From an uncultured Bacillota bacterium (lineage in GTDB: Bacteria; Bacillota_I; Bacilli_A; ML615J-28; CAG-313): a DNA stretch of 64,000 nt. The position numbers and the translations under genes were made by a program. This document shows, piece after piece, positions 28,213 through 39,142 of the stretch; the stretch's first letter is position 1; each line of letters opens with the position of its first letter. The stretch lies in contig CAMODB010000003.1 of NCBI GenBank assembly GCA_946611195.1, positions 5,264 to 69,263 on the forward strand, given 5' to 3'. Below the pieces are notes generated by a model. It saw only the letters and a program-made list of their open reading frames with translations. It searched no databases and was not told where the DNA came from.

Positions 28213-28614
28213 TTATTCGCTTTCTTCAGCTTCAATATTTTGGTTGACATCGACATAATTATCAACCTTCTTTTTTGATACATTCAAAAAAACAATTCTT
28301 TCACCAATAATATCTAAATTATTAATTTTTTTAACAACTGTTTCACCTCCAACCTGTACTTGTAAATCACTTACATGGGTTTGGAGACGACAAACAGCTA
28401 AAATTAAATCACCTTTTTGACAATAATCACACGTATTACGCGCGTTAATATCCCAAAAAGTAATATTAAAGAAATCAGCTTCATTTTCCCCTGCGCTGTT
28501 CTTAAAAGGTCGATTAACTGCTAATCGAAGAGTCGTTAAATTTGTTGATCCATTATAAGTTTTTAAAGTTGGGGTATCAACTAAACGACCAATTAAATAT
28601 ACTGAATTTAACAT
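28213..28614 (-). CDS. ssb: Single-stranded DNA-binding protein paralogue without the canonical acidic C-terminal tip
   Basis: Start at ATG 28614-28612 (GGAGG RBS at 28623-28627). The track's 32-aa hydrophobic N-extension has no RBS. OB-fold MLNSVYLIGRLVDTPTLKTY…EADFFNITFW. Ends NIEAEESE rather than D-D-D-[IL]-P-F. Confidence 0.8.
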   Translation of the reverse strand: MLNSVYLIGRLVDTPTLKTYNGSTNLTTLRLAVNRPFKNSAGENEADFFNITFWDINARNTCDYCQKGDLILAVCRLQTHVSDLQVQVGGETVVKKINNLDIIGERIVFLNVSKKKVDNYVDVNQNIEAEESE

Positions 28615-28764
28615 AATCACATCCTCCTTAGTAAATTCTGTCTTATTATTACATAAAGTAAATAAAAAAGCAAATGTCGTTAAGAAAAAAAGGAAAGTTA
28701 ATTTTATCAATTTTTCACAAATAATTATTAGTTATTATTAAATAATAATATAATTAATAAAAAT

Positions 28765-28789
28765 AGGTCTTGTTTTCACAACAAGACCT
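28765..28789 (-). terminator. Rho-independent terminator after deoD
   Basis: Stem aggtcttgt (28765-28773) / acaagacct (28781-28789). The plus-strand taataaaaat upstream gives a U-rich tail on the minus transcript. Confidence 0.8.
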
Positions 28790-28812
28790 TATTTATAACA
28801 ATTTTAATTTAT

Positions 28813-29535
28813 TTAGTATTTAATGACTGTTTCTAAAGCTAATTCTAACATTTTATTAAAAGAGTTTTGTCTTTCTAGAGCTGTAGTTGCACGAGAATCA
28901 ACAAATGAATCCGAAATAGTTAAAATACAAGCAGCTTCTTTACCTAATACTCTAGCGTTATGGAATAAAGCAAAAGCTTCCATTTCTACAGCTAAACAAC
29001 CATGTTCAGCATTATATAATTCATGGACACTTTTACCTTCACGGTAGAATACATCACTAGAATGAACAACACCAAAATGAACTGGTTGGTTAATTTCTTT
29101 AGCAGTTTCTAATATTTTATCAGTTAAATCCTTACTTGAAGAAATAATATGATCTTCACTACCATTTTGAGCATAAGCAAAATTAGATTCACTAAAAGCT
29201 TTATCCACAACAATTAAATCATATAATTTACATTTAGCAACATAAGAACCAGCTGAACCAATTCTTATAATGCGTTTTACACCATAGAATTTAAATAATT
29301 CATAAGAATAAATACCAATACTAGGCATTCCCATTCCACTACCCATAACAGTAATCTTCTTACCTTTATAAGTACCAGTATAACCATACATATTTCTAAT
29401 ATAATTGAAACATACTGGATTATCTAAATATTTTTCCGCAAGAACTTTTGCTCTTAAGGGATCTCCCGGCATTAAAACTGTTTCCGCAATAACGCCATCT
29501 TCTACAACTTGAATATGCGGGGTTGGTCTAGGCAT
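28813..29535 (-). CDS. deoD: Purine nucleoside phosphorylase DeoD-type
   Basis: 240 aa; [25 protein letters not shown] motifs; 8-nt overlap with deoC. Confidence 0.93.
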   Translation of the reverse strand: MPRPTPHIQVVEDGVIAETVLMPGDPLRAKVLAEKYLDNPVCFNYIRNMYGYTGTYKGKKITVMGSGMGMPSIGIYSYELFKFYGVKRIIRIGSAGSYVAKCKLYDLIVVDKAFSESNFAYAQNGSEDHIISSSKDLTDKILETAKEINQPVHFGVVHSSDVFYREGKSVHELYNAEHGCLAVEMEAFALFHNARVLGKEAACILTISDSFVDSRATTALERQNSFNKMLELALETVIKY

Positions 29536-30184
29536 TTTCTTTACTTCCTTCCATTATTTTAATTCCACTTGAAGCGCCAATACGTGTAGCACCAGCTTCA
29601 ACTAATTTTTCTACTTCTTCATAAGAATGAATGCCGCCACTAGCTTTTACACCCATTGTTTCACCAACAGTTTCTCTCATTAATTTAACATCTTCTACTG
29701 TGGCACCACCAGTACCAAAACCAGTTGATGTTTTAACGAAACTAGCACCTGCTCTTAAAGCAGCTTTACATACTTCTTTCTTTTCATCATCAGTAAGATA
29801 ACAAGTTTCAATAATGACTTTTACGACTCTACCAACACTTGATGAAACAACTAAACGAATTTCATCTTCAATATAATCATATTGATGTTCTTTAGCTTTA
29901 CCAATATTGATTACCATATCGATTTCATCAGCACCATTTTTTACTGCATCAACTGTTTCTAAAGCTTTAATTTCTTTTGTATTAGCTCCTAATGGAAAAC
30001 CAATTACTGTACAAACTAAAACATCTGAACCAATTAATAATTTTTTAGCTAATTTTACATGTGTAGGATTGACACAAACACTCTTAAAATTATATTCAAC
30101 AGCCTCATTACAAAGTTTTTCAATTTCACTTTCTGTCGCAAAAGCTTTTAATAATGTATGATCAATTAATTTATTAACATTCAT
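29528..30184 (-). CDS. deoC: Deoxyribose-phosphate aldolase
   Basis: 218 aa; [22 protein letters not shown] (Schiff-base Lys), GVKASGGI. Confidence 0.93.
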   Translation of the reverse strand: MNVNKLIDHTLLKAFATESEIEKLCNEAVEYNFKSVCVNPTHVKLAKKLLIGSDVLVCTVIGFPLGANTKEIKALETVDAVKNGADEIDMVINIGKAKEHQYDYIEDEIRLVVSSSVGRVVKVIIETCYLTDDEKKEVCKAALRAGASFVKTSTGFGTGGATVEDVKLMRETVGETMGVKASGGIHSYEEVEKLVEAGATRIGASSGIKIMEGSKENA

Positions 30185-30198
30185 TTTTCTTATCCTTT

Positions 30199-31059
30199 CT
30201 AATATTCGATTAATTCAGTTAATCTAATTGTTGTAAAATCGGTTAAGCTTAACATGGCTTTTTTCATCTTTTTAACTAAACGATGAACCTTATTAGCTCC
30301 TTTTTCATTTAGATAAAGGACTTTAAAATTGATTGATTCATCTTTAATTTCATACATATATTTTTCCGCATATCTAAAGAACATTTCCTTAGGTATTAAG
30401 GCTACTAAATTATCTTGTTCAAGTACTTGAATATAATTAAGATGAGGTGGGAAAACCATCGCAGTACCGGCTTTCCAAATAATACTATTTCTTACTTCTC
30501 CACTACGGCGATCAGCTAAAATAGTATATTTTTGACAAACTACTTCTTCTTTAATTAATGTTGGAAAGAAATCAAGAAGATTTTGATAATTACACATATC
30601 ATTTAAGATATTCATTCGAATTCGATAAGTGATAATGTCTGGATTATTATCAAGATATTCAATTCTTTCTTTACCTAAAAAATCAATAAGTTCGAACATA
30701 TTGAAAGGCCTGATATTATCATATTTATCATAATAAATCTGAAGTTCAAACTTTTCACAGATATCACTAATTTCTTTGAAGATAATTCTACTAATATATT
30801 GAGGGATAAAGAAAGGAATGTCGACAAATAAATTAATATTGATAAAATCAGGATTAAGACGATATAAACTTGATACTCTACTTCTTTTAGTAATGTAATA
30901 AGAATATTTGAAATCAAAATTTTTCATATTCATACTGATTATTACTTCATCATCATTAGATGTAATTTTACTATTTGGTAAGGCATCAAAATAACCATCG
31001 ATTAATTGGAAGAAATCAATTCGTGGTTTAATCCTTTCTCTAAAAAAATGAATTATCAT
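30199..31059 (-). CDS. Hypothetical cytoplasmic protein (286 aa)
   Basis: GGTGA-type RBS (ggGGTGAaaag before the ATG). No TM and no motif I recognise. Wedged between ileS and deoC. Confidence 0.55.
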   Translation of the reverse strand: MIIHFFRERIKPRIDFFQLIDGYFDALPNSKITSNDDEVIISMNMKNFDFKYSYYITKRSRVSSLYRLNPDFININLFVDIPFFIPQYISRIIFKEISDICEKFELQIYYDKYDNIRPFNMFELIDFLGKERIEYLDNNPDIITYRIRMNILNDMCNYQNLLDFFPTLIKEEVVCQKYTILADRRSGEVRNSIIWKAGTAMVFPPHLNYIQVLEQDNLVALIPKEMFFRYAEKYMYEIKDESINFKVLYLNEKGANKVHRLVKKMKKAMLSLTDFTTIRLTELIEY

Positions 31060-31074
31060 CTTTTCACCCCGTTT

Positions 31075-33816
31075 CTATTTATAGTTTTTTACGATTCTAG
31101 CACATCTTTCACAAAGACCATCTGGATTTAGACTATCTTTAATTTGCCAACATCTTAAACATGTAGAACCTGTACATGCTTCAACCTTAATTTTACCACA
31201 AGGATATTCATCGCCATTTAAGCCTTCGACAAATACTAATTTAGAAACAATAAATACTTGTGCTAAATTAATATTTAAATCTTTAAGTAAAGCCATAATA
31301 TCGCTCTTTAATTCTAAGGAAACACTAGCATTTAAACTCTTACCAATAATTTTTTGATTACGAGCTTCTTCTAAGGCTTTTAGAATATCTAATCTAAAAT
31401 TCATAAATTTATCAAATTTAGCTAAGATATCTTCACTATCCGGATAATTTTCTTCTTTTGCCATTTCACATAAATAAATAGATACTTCTTTATTATTCAT
31501 TGGTAAATATTTATATACTTCATCCATTGTATGAGGAAGAATTGGTGTTAAGATTGTCGCAAGTTTAGTAATACATTTAAAGAAGACAGTTTGAATATTT
31601 CTTCTTTCTTTATTATTAGCTTCTTCAATATAAAGGATATCTTTCGTATAATCTAAATAGAATGAACTTAATTCATTAGACATAAAATTAAGAACACTAC
31701 GATATACTTCATCAAAACGATATTCTTCATAAGCTTTATGACAGTCTTTAACAATCTTATCTAATTTACAAAGAATAAATTTATCAACAGAACCTAATTC
31801 TTCATATGGAACACTATTCTTTTCATCATCATAATCAAATACATTAGCAAGTAAGAATCTAAAAGTATTACGAATCTTCCGATAACTATCGCCAACTTGA
31901 CGAATTAAATTCTTGCTTATAGCAACATCAGCTTGATAGAAAACACTAGCAACCCATAAACGAAGGATATCTGCTCCTGATTCATTACATACTTGTAATG
32001 GATCAACTGTATTACCTAATGATTTAGACATCTTTCTGCCCATTTCATCAAGGGTAAAGCCATGGGAAATAACAGTCTTAAATGGAGCTTTATTTTCTAA
32101 TGCAACACTAGTGATTAAACTAGAATTAAACCAACCACGGTATTGGTCACTACCTTCAAGATATAAATCACTAAATGGAGTACCATATTTCTTCATTAAA
32201 GCACAATGATGACTTGATCCTGAATCAAACCAAACATCCATAATATCATTTTCTTTAGTAAATAAACCATTTGGACTACCAGGATGTTTATAACCTTTAG
32301 GTAATAAATCTTTAGCTTCTCTTTCAAACCAAACATTAGAACCATATTGTGCAAATAAATCAGCTACATGATCAATCGTTTCTTTTTCCAGAATTGGTGT
32401 TCCATCTTCCGCATAGAATACGGGAATTGGTACACCCCAGACTCTTTGACGGCTGATACACCAATCTTTACGATCTTTAATCATGTTAGATAATCTTACT
32501 TCACCCCATTCAGGTACCCAATGAACACCTTTAATGGCTTCTAAAATATCTTGTTTAATTGGTTCGATTGACGCAAACCATTGGGGAGTAGCTCTAAAGA
32601 CAATTGGTTTTTTCGTCCGCCAATCATGAGGATAGCTATGTGTAAACTTAACTAATTTTAACATCATGTTAAGTTCAATTAATCTTTCAATTACTTTATC
32701 ATTAGCATCTTCAAAATATAAACCTTCAAATTCTTTAGCTTCACTATTCATACAACCTTTGGAATCAAGAACACCAATAATTGGTAGATTATATAATTTA
32801 CCAACATTAAAGTCATCATCACCATGAGCAGGAGCAGTATGAACTAAACCAGTACCTGTATCTAAAGTAACATGATCACCCAATATTACTGGACAAATTC
32901 TATTCATCAATAAATGGTTATAAGTAATACCTTCAAGTAAAGATCCTTCGACAGTCTTTTCAATTTCATAACCATCCCATTCACATAATTTTGCGAAAGA
33001 TTCTACAGCCGCACTAGCAAGTAAAAAATGACGGTTATTAACTTTAACTACGCTATATTCAAATTTAGGACCAGCACATATAGCAAGGTTAGCAGGAATA
33101 GTCCAAGGAGTAGTTGTCCAAATAACTAATTCCACATTTTTATCTAAAATTCCTTTACCATCTTCTACTGGGAAAGCTACATAAATACTGGAAACGGGAA
33201 CATCTTGATATTCTATTTCCGCTTCCGCTAAAGCTGTTTCGGAAGATGGCGACCAATAAACTGGTTTTAATCCTTTAAAAATTAAACCACGTTCAGCCAT
33301 CTTACCAAATACTCTAATTTGTTCAGCTTCATATTCATGTTTTAATGTAATATATGGATCATCAAAATCTCCTAATACACCTAAACGCTTGAAACCAGCT
33401 TTTTGAAGTTCTACTTGTTTTAAGGCATATTCTTCACAAAGACTTCTAAAAGCGGCAACACTCATTTCTTTACGATTGATTTTACTATTTTTTGTTAAAG
33501 CAGTTTCAATAGGTAAACCATGAGTATCCCAACCTGGTTGATAAGGAGCATAATAGCCATTCATATTCATATAACGAACAATAAAATCTTTTAAAATTTT
33601 ATTTAACGCATGACCAACATGAATACTACCATTTGCATAAGGAGGACCATCATGAAGATAGAATTCCTTCTTTCCTTTATTCTTTTCTAGTCTTTTGAAA
33701 TATAATTGTTCTTCTTCCCAATTTTTTTGGATATTTGGTTCATTAACACCTAAATTCCCCCGCATTGGAAATTCGGTTTGGGGCATAAGAAGCGTATCTT
33801 TAAAATCTTTTTCCAT
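31075..33816 (-). CDS. ileS: Isoleucine--tRNA ligase
   Basis: HIGH box SIHVGH, KMSKS box KMSKSLGN, C-terminal zinc-binding CxxC pairs (CLRCW…CERC). AGGAG RBS 7 nt before ATG 33816 (the track begins one codon earlier at GTG). Confidence 0.96.
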   Translation of the reverse strand: MEKDFKDTLLMPQTEFPMRGNLGVNEPNIQKNWEEEQLYFKRLEKNKGKKEFYLHDGPPYANGSIHVGHALNKILKDFIVRYMNMNGYYAPYQPGWDTHGLPIETALTKNSKINRKEMSVAAFRSLCEEYALKQVELQKAGFKRLGVLGDFDDPYITLKHEYEAEQIRVFGKMAERGLIFKGLKPVYWSPSSETALAEAEIEYQDVPVSSIYVAFPVEDGKGILDKNVELVIWTTTPWTIPANLAICAGPKFEYSVVKVNNRHFLLASAAVESFAKLCEWDGYEIEKTVEGSLLEGITYNHLLMNRICPVILGDHVTLDTGTGLVHTAPAHGDDDFNVGKLYNLPIIGVLDSKGCMNSEAKEFEGLYFEDANDKVIERLIELNMMLKLVKFTHSYPHDWRTKKPIVFRATPQWFASIEPIKQDILEAIKGVHWVPEWGEVRLSNMIKDRKDWCISRQRVWGVPIPVFYAEDGTPILEKETIDHVADLFAQYGSNVWFEREAKDLLPKGYKHPGSPNGLFTKENDIMDVWFDSGSSHHCALMKKYGTPFSDLYLEGSDQYRGWFNSSLITSVALENKAPFKTVISHGFTLDEMGRKMSKSLGNTVDPLQVCNESGADILRLWVASVFYQADVAISKNLIRQVGDSYRKIRNTFRFLLANVFDYDDEKNSVPYEELGSVDKFILCKLDKIVKDCHKAYEEYRFDEVYRSVLNFMSNELSSFYLDYTKDILYIEEANNKERRNIQTVFFKCITKLATILTPILPHTMDEVYKYLPMNNKEVSIYLCEMAKEENYPDSEDILAKFDKFMNFRLDILKALEEARNQKIIGKSLNASVSLELKSDIMALLKDLNINLAQVFIVSKLVFVEGLNGDEYPCGKIKVEACTGSTCLRCWQIKDSLNPDGLCERCARIVKNYK

Positions 33817-33830
33817 CACTAAACTCCTAA

Positions 33831-34547
33831 TTATTTTTTAATATTAACCTCGATATTTATTCTATTTTTCTTCGATAACCCGATTATTCTCTTTATTTCT
33901 ATCCGTCCAAAATGACGAATTGATAATATATCATTCTCTTTTATTTGATAACTTGTATTAAGAACTTCTAAATGATTAACACTAACATTTCCACTATTAA
34001 TGATATCGACAGCTTCACTACGACTGATATTACAACCTTTAGATACAACCGCATCTAATCGTAATGAGGCAACATTTAGAATAACCGTTTTACAATTTAT
34101 CTTTAAATTATTTATTTTATCTACTTCTTTAAAACTAACGCGTTGATGCAAAATAATTTTTAAATTTTCAATTAAATAATTCATTACATCTTTAGTTACA
34201 AAAATGGAGATTATTCCATCATTAATAATAATATCTCCATATGTTGATCGGTCTAAGCCTAAGGAATAGATCGTTCCTAAGACATGACGATGTGTAATAT
34301 TAGCATATTTTTCATTATAACGACTTGCTATAACGTGAATATCATAATCACTTTCTTCCACATCATAATTAAAGATTATACATCTTTTACGTTCGCTTTC
34401 TTCAAAACCCCCATAAAAATGGGCTTTATCTTTAAAGACCTTCCTAATTTCTCTTTGTTCATTATCATCTAAGAATTTCGTTAAAGTCATTTCATCATTA
34501 TTTAAGCGAAGTAAAAAATCATTAAAACGATTTTCAATATCACTCAT
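33831..34547 (-). CDS. ylmH: S4-domain RNA-binding protein YlmH
   Basis: Start at ATG 34547-34545 in an ATGAGTGA overlap with the sepF stop. C-terminal S4 motif LRLDAVVSKGCNISRSEAVDIINSGNVSVN. Confidence 0.8.
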   Translation of the reverse strand: MSDIENRFNDFLLRLNNDEMTLTKFLDDNEQREIRKVFKDKAHFYGGFEESERKRCIIFNYDVEESDYDIHVIASRYNEKYANITHRHVLGTIYSLGLDRSTYGDIIINDGIISIFVTKDVMNYLIENLKIILHQRVSFKEVDKINNLKINCKTVILNVASLRLDAVVSKGCNISRSEAVDIINSGNVSVNHLEVLNTSYQIKENDILSIRHFGRIEIKRIIGLSKKNRINIEVNIKK

Positions 34548-34884
34548 TCGTTTGTCCGAATTCAACAACCCAGCGACGAAGGGAACCATCCTCAAAAGCT
34601 TTATCGGATGCGATTAAATAACTTTCATTACCAATTTGATAACTTTCTCCGCCACAAGCATAAATAACACCTGATAAAAAGGATAAGACTTGATTACATT
34701 TATTCACATCTTTAACAGCTTCAAAATTAACAAGAATTGGACAATTAGATAATACAGAATCAGCCAATTCTAACATTTGATCATCAATATCTAAATCCTC
34801 AGTGATATTATAATTGAGTAAACGATCAAAAGAGGTACCAAACTCTTTTGAACTAATTCTTTTTTTCTTAAAGATGCTCATCAA
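34540..34884 (-). CDS. sepF: Cell division protein SepF
   Basis: 114 aa. Pattern ELADSVLSNCPILVNFEAV…VLSFLSGVIYACGG matches the SepF core. ylmE-sepF-ylmH synteny. TGA stop. Confidence 0.8.
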   Translation of the reverse strand: MMSIFKKKRISSKEFGTSFDRLLNYNITEDLDIDDQMLELADSVLSNCPILVNFEAVKDVNKCNQVLSFLSGVIYACGGESYQIGNESYLIASDKAFEDGSLRRWVVEFGQTNE

Positions 34885-34896
34885 GTTCTCCTTTCT

Positions 34897-35553
34897 TTAA
34901 GCAAAAATATGTCCTAAACGAACAAATGTAGCTCCATGTTCAACCGCAATCAAATAATCCTTGCTCATACCCATCGAAAGTTCTGTACATGGGCAATTTG
35001 GAATATTTAATGCTTGAACTTCTTTTTGTAAACTACGCATTGCTTCAAAATATGATGCTATTAAATCTTCATCAAAAGTATTTTTACCAGTTGTCATTAA
35101 ACCAACAACTTGGATTTTTTCATATTTAGCTAAAGATTTGACAAAAGGAATAACTTTTGTTTCATCTAAACCCGCTTTATGTTGAGCAGCGGCAATATTA
35201 ACATAAATAAAACATTTAAGCGGTTCTTTTGCTTTTCTAGTTTTATTTATCGCATTAGCTAGATCAATACTATCTAAGGAATGTAAATAATCAATCGCAT
35301 CAATGAATTGACTATTTAATTTTGGTGGAATCTTAATGATGCCAAAATAATGCCATGTAACGCCCATATCTTTGCATGCTTCATATTTTTCCATAAAGGC
35401 ATCTTTACGGTTTTCACCAATATCTTTAATACCTGCATTAATTAGCGCTTTCGTTTTGTCAACATCAAAATACTTTACTGCCGCAACAACTTTAACATCC
35501 GGATGATTTTTTAAACTTTCTTTAACTTTCTTAACTTGTTCAACTTCTGACAT
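34897..35553 (-). CDS. ylmE: PLP-homeostasis protein YggS/YlmE
   Basis: 218 aa; VVAAVKYF (PLP lysine), IGENR, LSMGMS motifs. Confidence 0.88.
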   Translation of the reverse strand: MSEVEQVKKVKESLKNHPDVKVVAAVKYFDVDKTKALINAGIKDIGENRKDAFMEKYEACKDMGVTWHYFGIIKIPPKLNSQFIDAIDYLHSLDSIDLANAINKTRKAKEPLKCFIYVNIAAAQHKAGLDETKVIPFVKSLAKYEKIQVVGLMTTGKNTFDEDLIASYFEAMRSLQKEVQALNIPNCPCTELSMGMSKDYLIAVEHGATFVRLGHIFA

Positions 35554-35762
35554 ACCTACACACTTTCATAATTATCAATGATTAATAATTATAAATTAAT
35601 TCTATTCAATTCTAAAATAAATTATCTTAAATTATTATATATTGATTATTAAATATATTATAACATATTTTATAGATTATTTCAAGAAAGAAAGATTATG
35701 ACATCATATTTTTTATTTATCTTTTTTAAAACTAACATCTAGCTAAGATCTTTACTAAATCA

Positions 35763-35791
35763 TTGAAAAAAATCATCTTATATGTTATAAT
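35763..35791 (+). promoter_or_regulatory. Predicted strong sigma-A promoter TTGAAA-17-TGtTATAAT for metK-argS
   Basis: TTGAAA 35763-35768, 17-nt spacer, TG at 35783-35784, TATAAT 35786-35791. Only ~25 nt before the metK ATG. Confidence 0.75.
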
Positions 35792-35815
35792 ATATGAAAA
35801 TTGGAGGTGTCAATT

Positions 35816-36979
35816 ATGACTTTTAAAAATCGTATCTTTACATCAGAATCAGTAACCGAAGGTCATCCAGATAAAGTATGTGATCAGATTGCAGATGCCA
35901 TCCTTGATGATATATTAGCTAATGATCCTAATGCCCATGTTGCCTGTGAAGTAATCGCAACTACTGGTTTAGTACTAGTAATGGGGGAAATCTCAACCAC
36001 ACATTATTGTGATATTCAAGAGATCGTCAGAAAAACAGTTAAAGAAATTGGCTATGACCGGGGAAAGATTGGCTTTGATGCCGATAATTTAGCCATTCTT
36101 GTCGCTATAGATTCCCAATCACCCGATATCGCAATGGGTGTAGGAAAAGATTCCGGTGCCGGTGACCAAGGATTAATGTTTGGTTTTGCAACAAACGAAA
36201 CTAAAGAATTAATGCCTTTGCCAATTATGCTTGCCCATAAACTTGCGAAAAGACTCGCTGATGTAAGAAAAAGTAATGAATTTGATATTGAACTACGTCC
36301 TGATGGTAAAACACAAGTATCAGTTAAATATAATGAATTAGGCGAACCAGAAAAAGTAACTTCCGTTGTCGTATCAACTCAGCATGCTGATAATGTTGAT
36401 CAAAAAGTCTTAAGAGATTTCATCATTAAAGAAGTTATCAATAAAGTTATTGATAAAGATTTAATGGATAAAGATACAAAGATTTTTGTTAATCCAACTG
36501 GTCGTTTTGTAATCGGTGGTCCAAAAGGTGATAGTGGTCTAACAGGAAGAAAGATTATTGTCGATACATATGGGGGTTATGCTCCTCACGGAGGCGGTTC
36601 TTTTAGTGGAAAAGACCCATCTAAAGTCGATCGTTCAGCATCTTATATGACTCGTTATATCGCCAAAAATATTGTTGCGGCTGGTCTTGCTAAAAACATT
36701 CTTATCCAAGTATCTTATGCAATAGGTGTTGCTGAACCAACATCCATCTTTGTTGATGCCGATAGTGTTTATACAAATGAACAATTAGTTGATTTAATTC
36801 AAAATAATTTTGATTTAACACCTTCTGGTATTATTAAAACTCTTGATTTAAGAAGACCAATTTATAAACAAACTGCTTCTTATGGTCATTTTGGACGTAC
36901 AGATGTAGATCTTCCTTGGGAAAGAGTCGATAAAAAAGAACAATTAAAGGATTATATGAGTAAAAAATATGCTAAATAA
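35816..36979 (+). CDS. metK: S-adenosylmethionine synthetase
   Basis: Start at ATG 35816 (GGAGG at 35803-35807; the track's TTG start lies inside the RBS). Motifs [25 protein letters not shown]. Confidence 0.96.
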   Translation: MTFKNRIFTSESVTEGHPDKVCDQIADAILDDILANDPNAHVACEVIATTGLVLVMGEISTTHYCDIQEIVRKTVKEIGYDRGKIGFDADNLAILVAIDSQSPDIAMGVGKDSGAGDQGLMFGFATNETKELMPLPIMLAHKLAKRLADVRKSNEFDIELRPDGKTQVSVKYNELGEPEKVTSVVVSTQHADNVDQKVLRDFIIKEVINKVIDKDLMDKDTKIFVNPTGRFVIGGPKGDSGLTGRKIIVDTYGGYAPHGGGSFSGKDPSKVDRSASYMTRYIAKNIVAAGLAKNILIQVSYAIGVAEPTSIFVDADSVYTNEQLVDLIQNNFDLTPSGIIKTLDLRRPIYKQTASYGHFGRTDVDLPWERVDKKEQLKDYMSKKYAK

Positions 36980-38633
36980 AATTGAAAATGAAATAAGAAA
37001 TGAAATATATAAAGCTTTAGTTGAATTAAATTATGTAACTGATGATTTTAAAATTCAAGATATTATCTTAGAAAACCCTAAAGATGCTTCTTTTGGTGAT
37101 TATGCAACTAATGTTGCTATGAAACTTGCCAAAGTAGCTCATAAAAGTCCAATGATGATTGCGAGTGAAATCAAAGAAAGAGTCAATTTAAAACAAATGC
37201 ATTTAACAAATTTTGAAATTGCTTCTCCTGGTTTTATTAATATGACTCTTGATATTGATTATCTAATGGATATTGTTAATATCATCAATCGTGAAGGTTC
37301 TTCTTTTGGTTCTTCAAATAAACATAATGCAGAATCTATTTGTTTAGAATACGTTTCCGCTAATCCAACTGGCTTTTTACATGTCGGTCATGGTCGTGGC
37401 GCAGCCTATGGTGATTCTCTTGCAAGAATCATGAAAAAAGTAGGTTATAAAGTAAATCGTGAACATTATGTCAATGATGCAGGTAATCAAATTACTAATA
37501 TGGCAAAAAGTGTTTATGAACGTTATAAAGAATTATATGGCCTCGATTATGAAATTCCAGAAGATGGTTATCATGGTAAAGAAATAATTGAAGTAGCTAA
37601 ACAATTTAAAGATTTATACCAAGATAAATATTTAAATAATTTTGATTTAGCTCTTTTCCGTCAATTTGGTACCGAAAAATTACTTAATAATTTAAAGAAA
37701 GATTTAAAAAGTTTCAATGTTGAATTTGATACTTGGTTTTCCGAAACTAGTTTATATCAAACTAAACAAGTTGAAAAAGTCTTAAATTTATTAAAAGAAA
37801 AAGGTTATACTTATACTAAAGATGGCGCTTTATGGCTTAAAACATCTAATTATAATGACGAAAAAGACCGTGTAATTATTAAGAGTGATGGTTCTTATAC
37901 TTATCTATTACCTGATATTGCTTATCACGCTAATAAATTAAGTCGTGGTTATAGCCATTTAATTGATATTTTAGGTGCTGATCACCATGGTTATATCGAC
38001 CGTCTTAAAGCGGCAGTAGAAATGGTTGGTGGCGATTCTAATCTAATCGATGTCGAAATCTTACAAATGGTTAGAGTTGTGGAAAATGGTATCGAAATTA
38101 AAATGAGTAAACGTAGTGGTAAAGCTATTACTTTAATTGATTTAATTGAAGATGTTGGTAGTGATCCATTAAGATATTTCTATGTTGACAAAGCTTTATC
38201 TACTCATATGGATCTTGATTTAGCTTTAATGAAACAAAGAACTAATGAAAATCCTGTTTATTATGTCCAATATGCACATGCTAGAATTTGTGGAATCTTT
38301 GAAAAATATCAAAGCTTAGGAAAAGAATTTAAATTATGTTCTTCTTTTGATCATTTAGATAAGAATAAAGCTAAGAGTATTATTTTAAAATTATTAAAAT
38401 TCCCAACTCTTATTGAAGAAATTGCGGTAAAAAGATTAGTTCATAAATTACCACATTATATTTATGAATTAGCTAGTGATTTACATGCTTATTATAATGA
38501 TGAAAAAGTCTTAACTGACGATGTTGATGCAACAAATGAAAAACTTACTCTTCTTAATGCGGTAAGAATTGTTCTTAAAGAATCTTTAAATTTAATTGGT
38601 GTATCTAGTCCGGAAAGAATGGAACAAAAATAA
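36969..38633 (+). CDS. argS: Arginine--tRNA ligase
   Basis: 554 aa; HIGH-type box [16 protein letters not shown] box; 11-nt overlap with metK. Confidence 0.95.
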   Translation: MLNKIENEIRNEIYKALVELNYVTDDFKIQDIILENPKDASFGDYATNVAMKLAKVAHKSPMMIASEIKERVNLKQMHLTNFEIASPGFINMTLDIDYLMDIVNIINREGSSFGSSNKHNAESICLEYVSANPTGFLHVGHGRGAAYGDSLARIMKKVGYKVNREHYVNDAGNQITNMAKSVYERYKELYGLDYEIPEDGYHGKEIIEVAKQFKDLYQDKYLNNFDLALFRQFGTEKLLNNLKKDLKSFNVEFDTWFSETSLYQTKQVEKVLNLLKEKGYTYTKDGALWLKTSNYNDEKDRVIIKSDGSYTYLLPDIAYHANKLSRGYSHLIDILGADHHGYIDRLKAAVEMVGGDSNLIDVEILQMVRVVENGIEIKMSKRSGKAITLIDLIEDVGSDPLRYFYVDKALSTHMDLDLALMKQRTNENPVYYVQYAHARICGIFEKYQSLGKEFKLCSSFDHLDKNKAKSIILKLLKFPTLIEEIAVKRLVHKLPHYIYELASDLHAYYNDEKVLTDDVDATNEKLTLLNAVRIVLKESLNLIGVSSPERMEQK

Positions 38634-38639
38634 AAAAAT

Positions 38640-38675
38640 AATGAGAAATATTAAAAAATATTTCTCATTTTTATT
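38640..38675. terminator. Bidirectional terminator between convergent argS and GNAT gene
   Basis: 13-bp stem aatgagaaatatt (38640-38652) / aatatttctcatt (38657-38669), loop aaaa, followed by ttttattt. Confidence 0.8.
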
Positions 38676-38688
38676 TACTAATTATTTC

Positions 38689-39141
38689 CTATAATTTTAG
38701 TTCTAATATTCTTCTTTGTTCCCTAAATCCCATTTTCTTATAAAATTCATAAGCCGGATTATTTTCCCAAACATTAAGAAGAATTTGATGGCAATTATTT
38801 TCTTCCGCAAATCTTTTGGCGAATTCAACTAATTCTTGACCAATCCCCTTATTCTGAAATTTTTTATCAACACAGAGATCATCAATATACAGATATTTAA
38901 TTTCTTTATTAAAACTGATACCAAATCTTATTTCTAAAAATATATAGGCAACAACATTGTTATCAATTGTTTTAACAAAGATGGAACTCGCTTTATCTAA
39001 TTTTTCTTTTAATTCATCTTTATTATATTTAATACCACCTAAAATAAAAATATCAGGACGTAACTTGTGATGAATATCCTCTACATAATGTAAAAGTTCA
39101 GTAATTCGATTCAAATCTTCTTTTCTACTTTTTCTAATCAT
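38689..39141 (-). CDS. GNAT-family N-acetyltransferase
   Basis: 150 aa; motif A FQNKGIGQELVEFAKRFA. Confidence 0.8.
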   Translation of the reverse strand: MIRKSRKEDLNRITELLHYVEDIHHKLRPDIFILGGIKYNKDELKEKLDKASSIFVKTIDNNVVAYIFLEIRFGISFNKEIKYLYIDDLCVDKKFQNKGIGQELVEFAKRFAEENNCHQILLNVWENNPAYEFYKKMGFREQRRILELKL

Positions 39142-39142
39142 C

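Noticed and set aside
28615-28710. 32-aa hydrophobic N-terminal extension on the SSB ORF, which would make it look like a secreted or membrane SSB
   Set aside because: A GGAGG RBS sits 8 nt before the internal ATG that begins the canonical MLNSVYLIGRL OB-fold start. The extension is translated promoter/terminator DNA.
33817-33830. T-box leader expected upstream of ileS
   Set aside because: Only 14 nt separate the ylmH stop from the ileS ATG, and they contain just the AGGAG RBS.
34540-34542. Mycoplasma-type genetic code (TGA = Trp), considered because of the AT-richness and lipoprotein abundance
   Set aside because: TGA terminates sepF here and addB at 62648-62650 exactly where the downstream genes start (ATGAGTGA overlaps). 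All recognised proteins are full length under the standard code with TGG for Trp.
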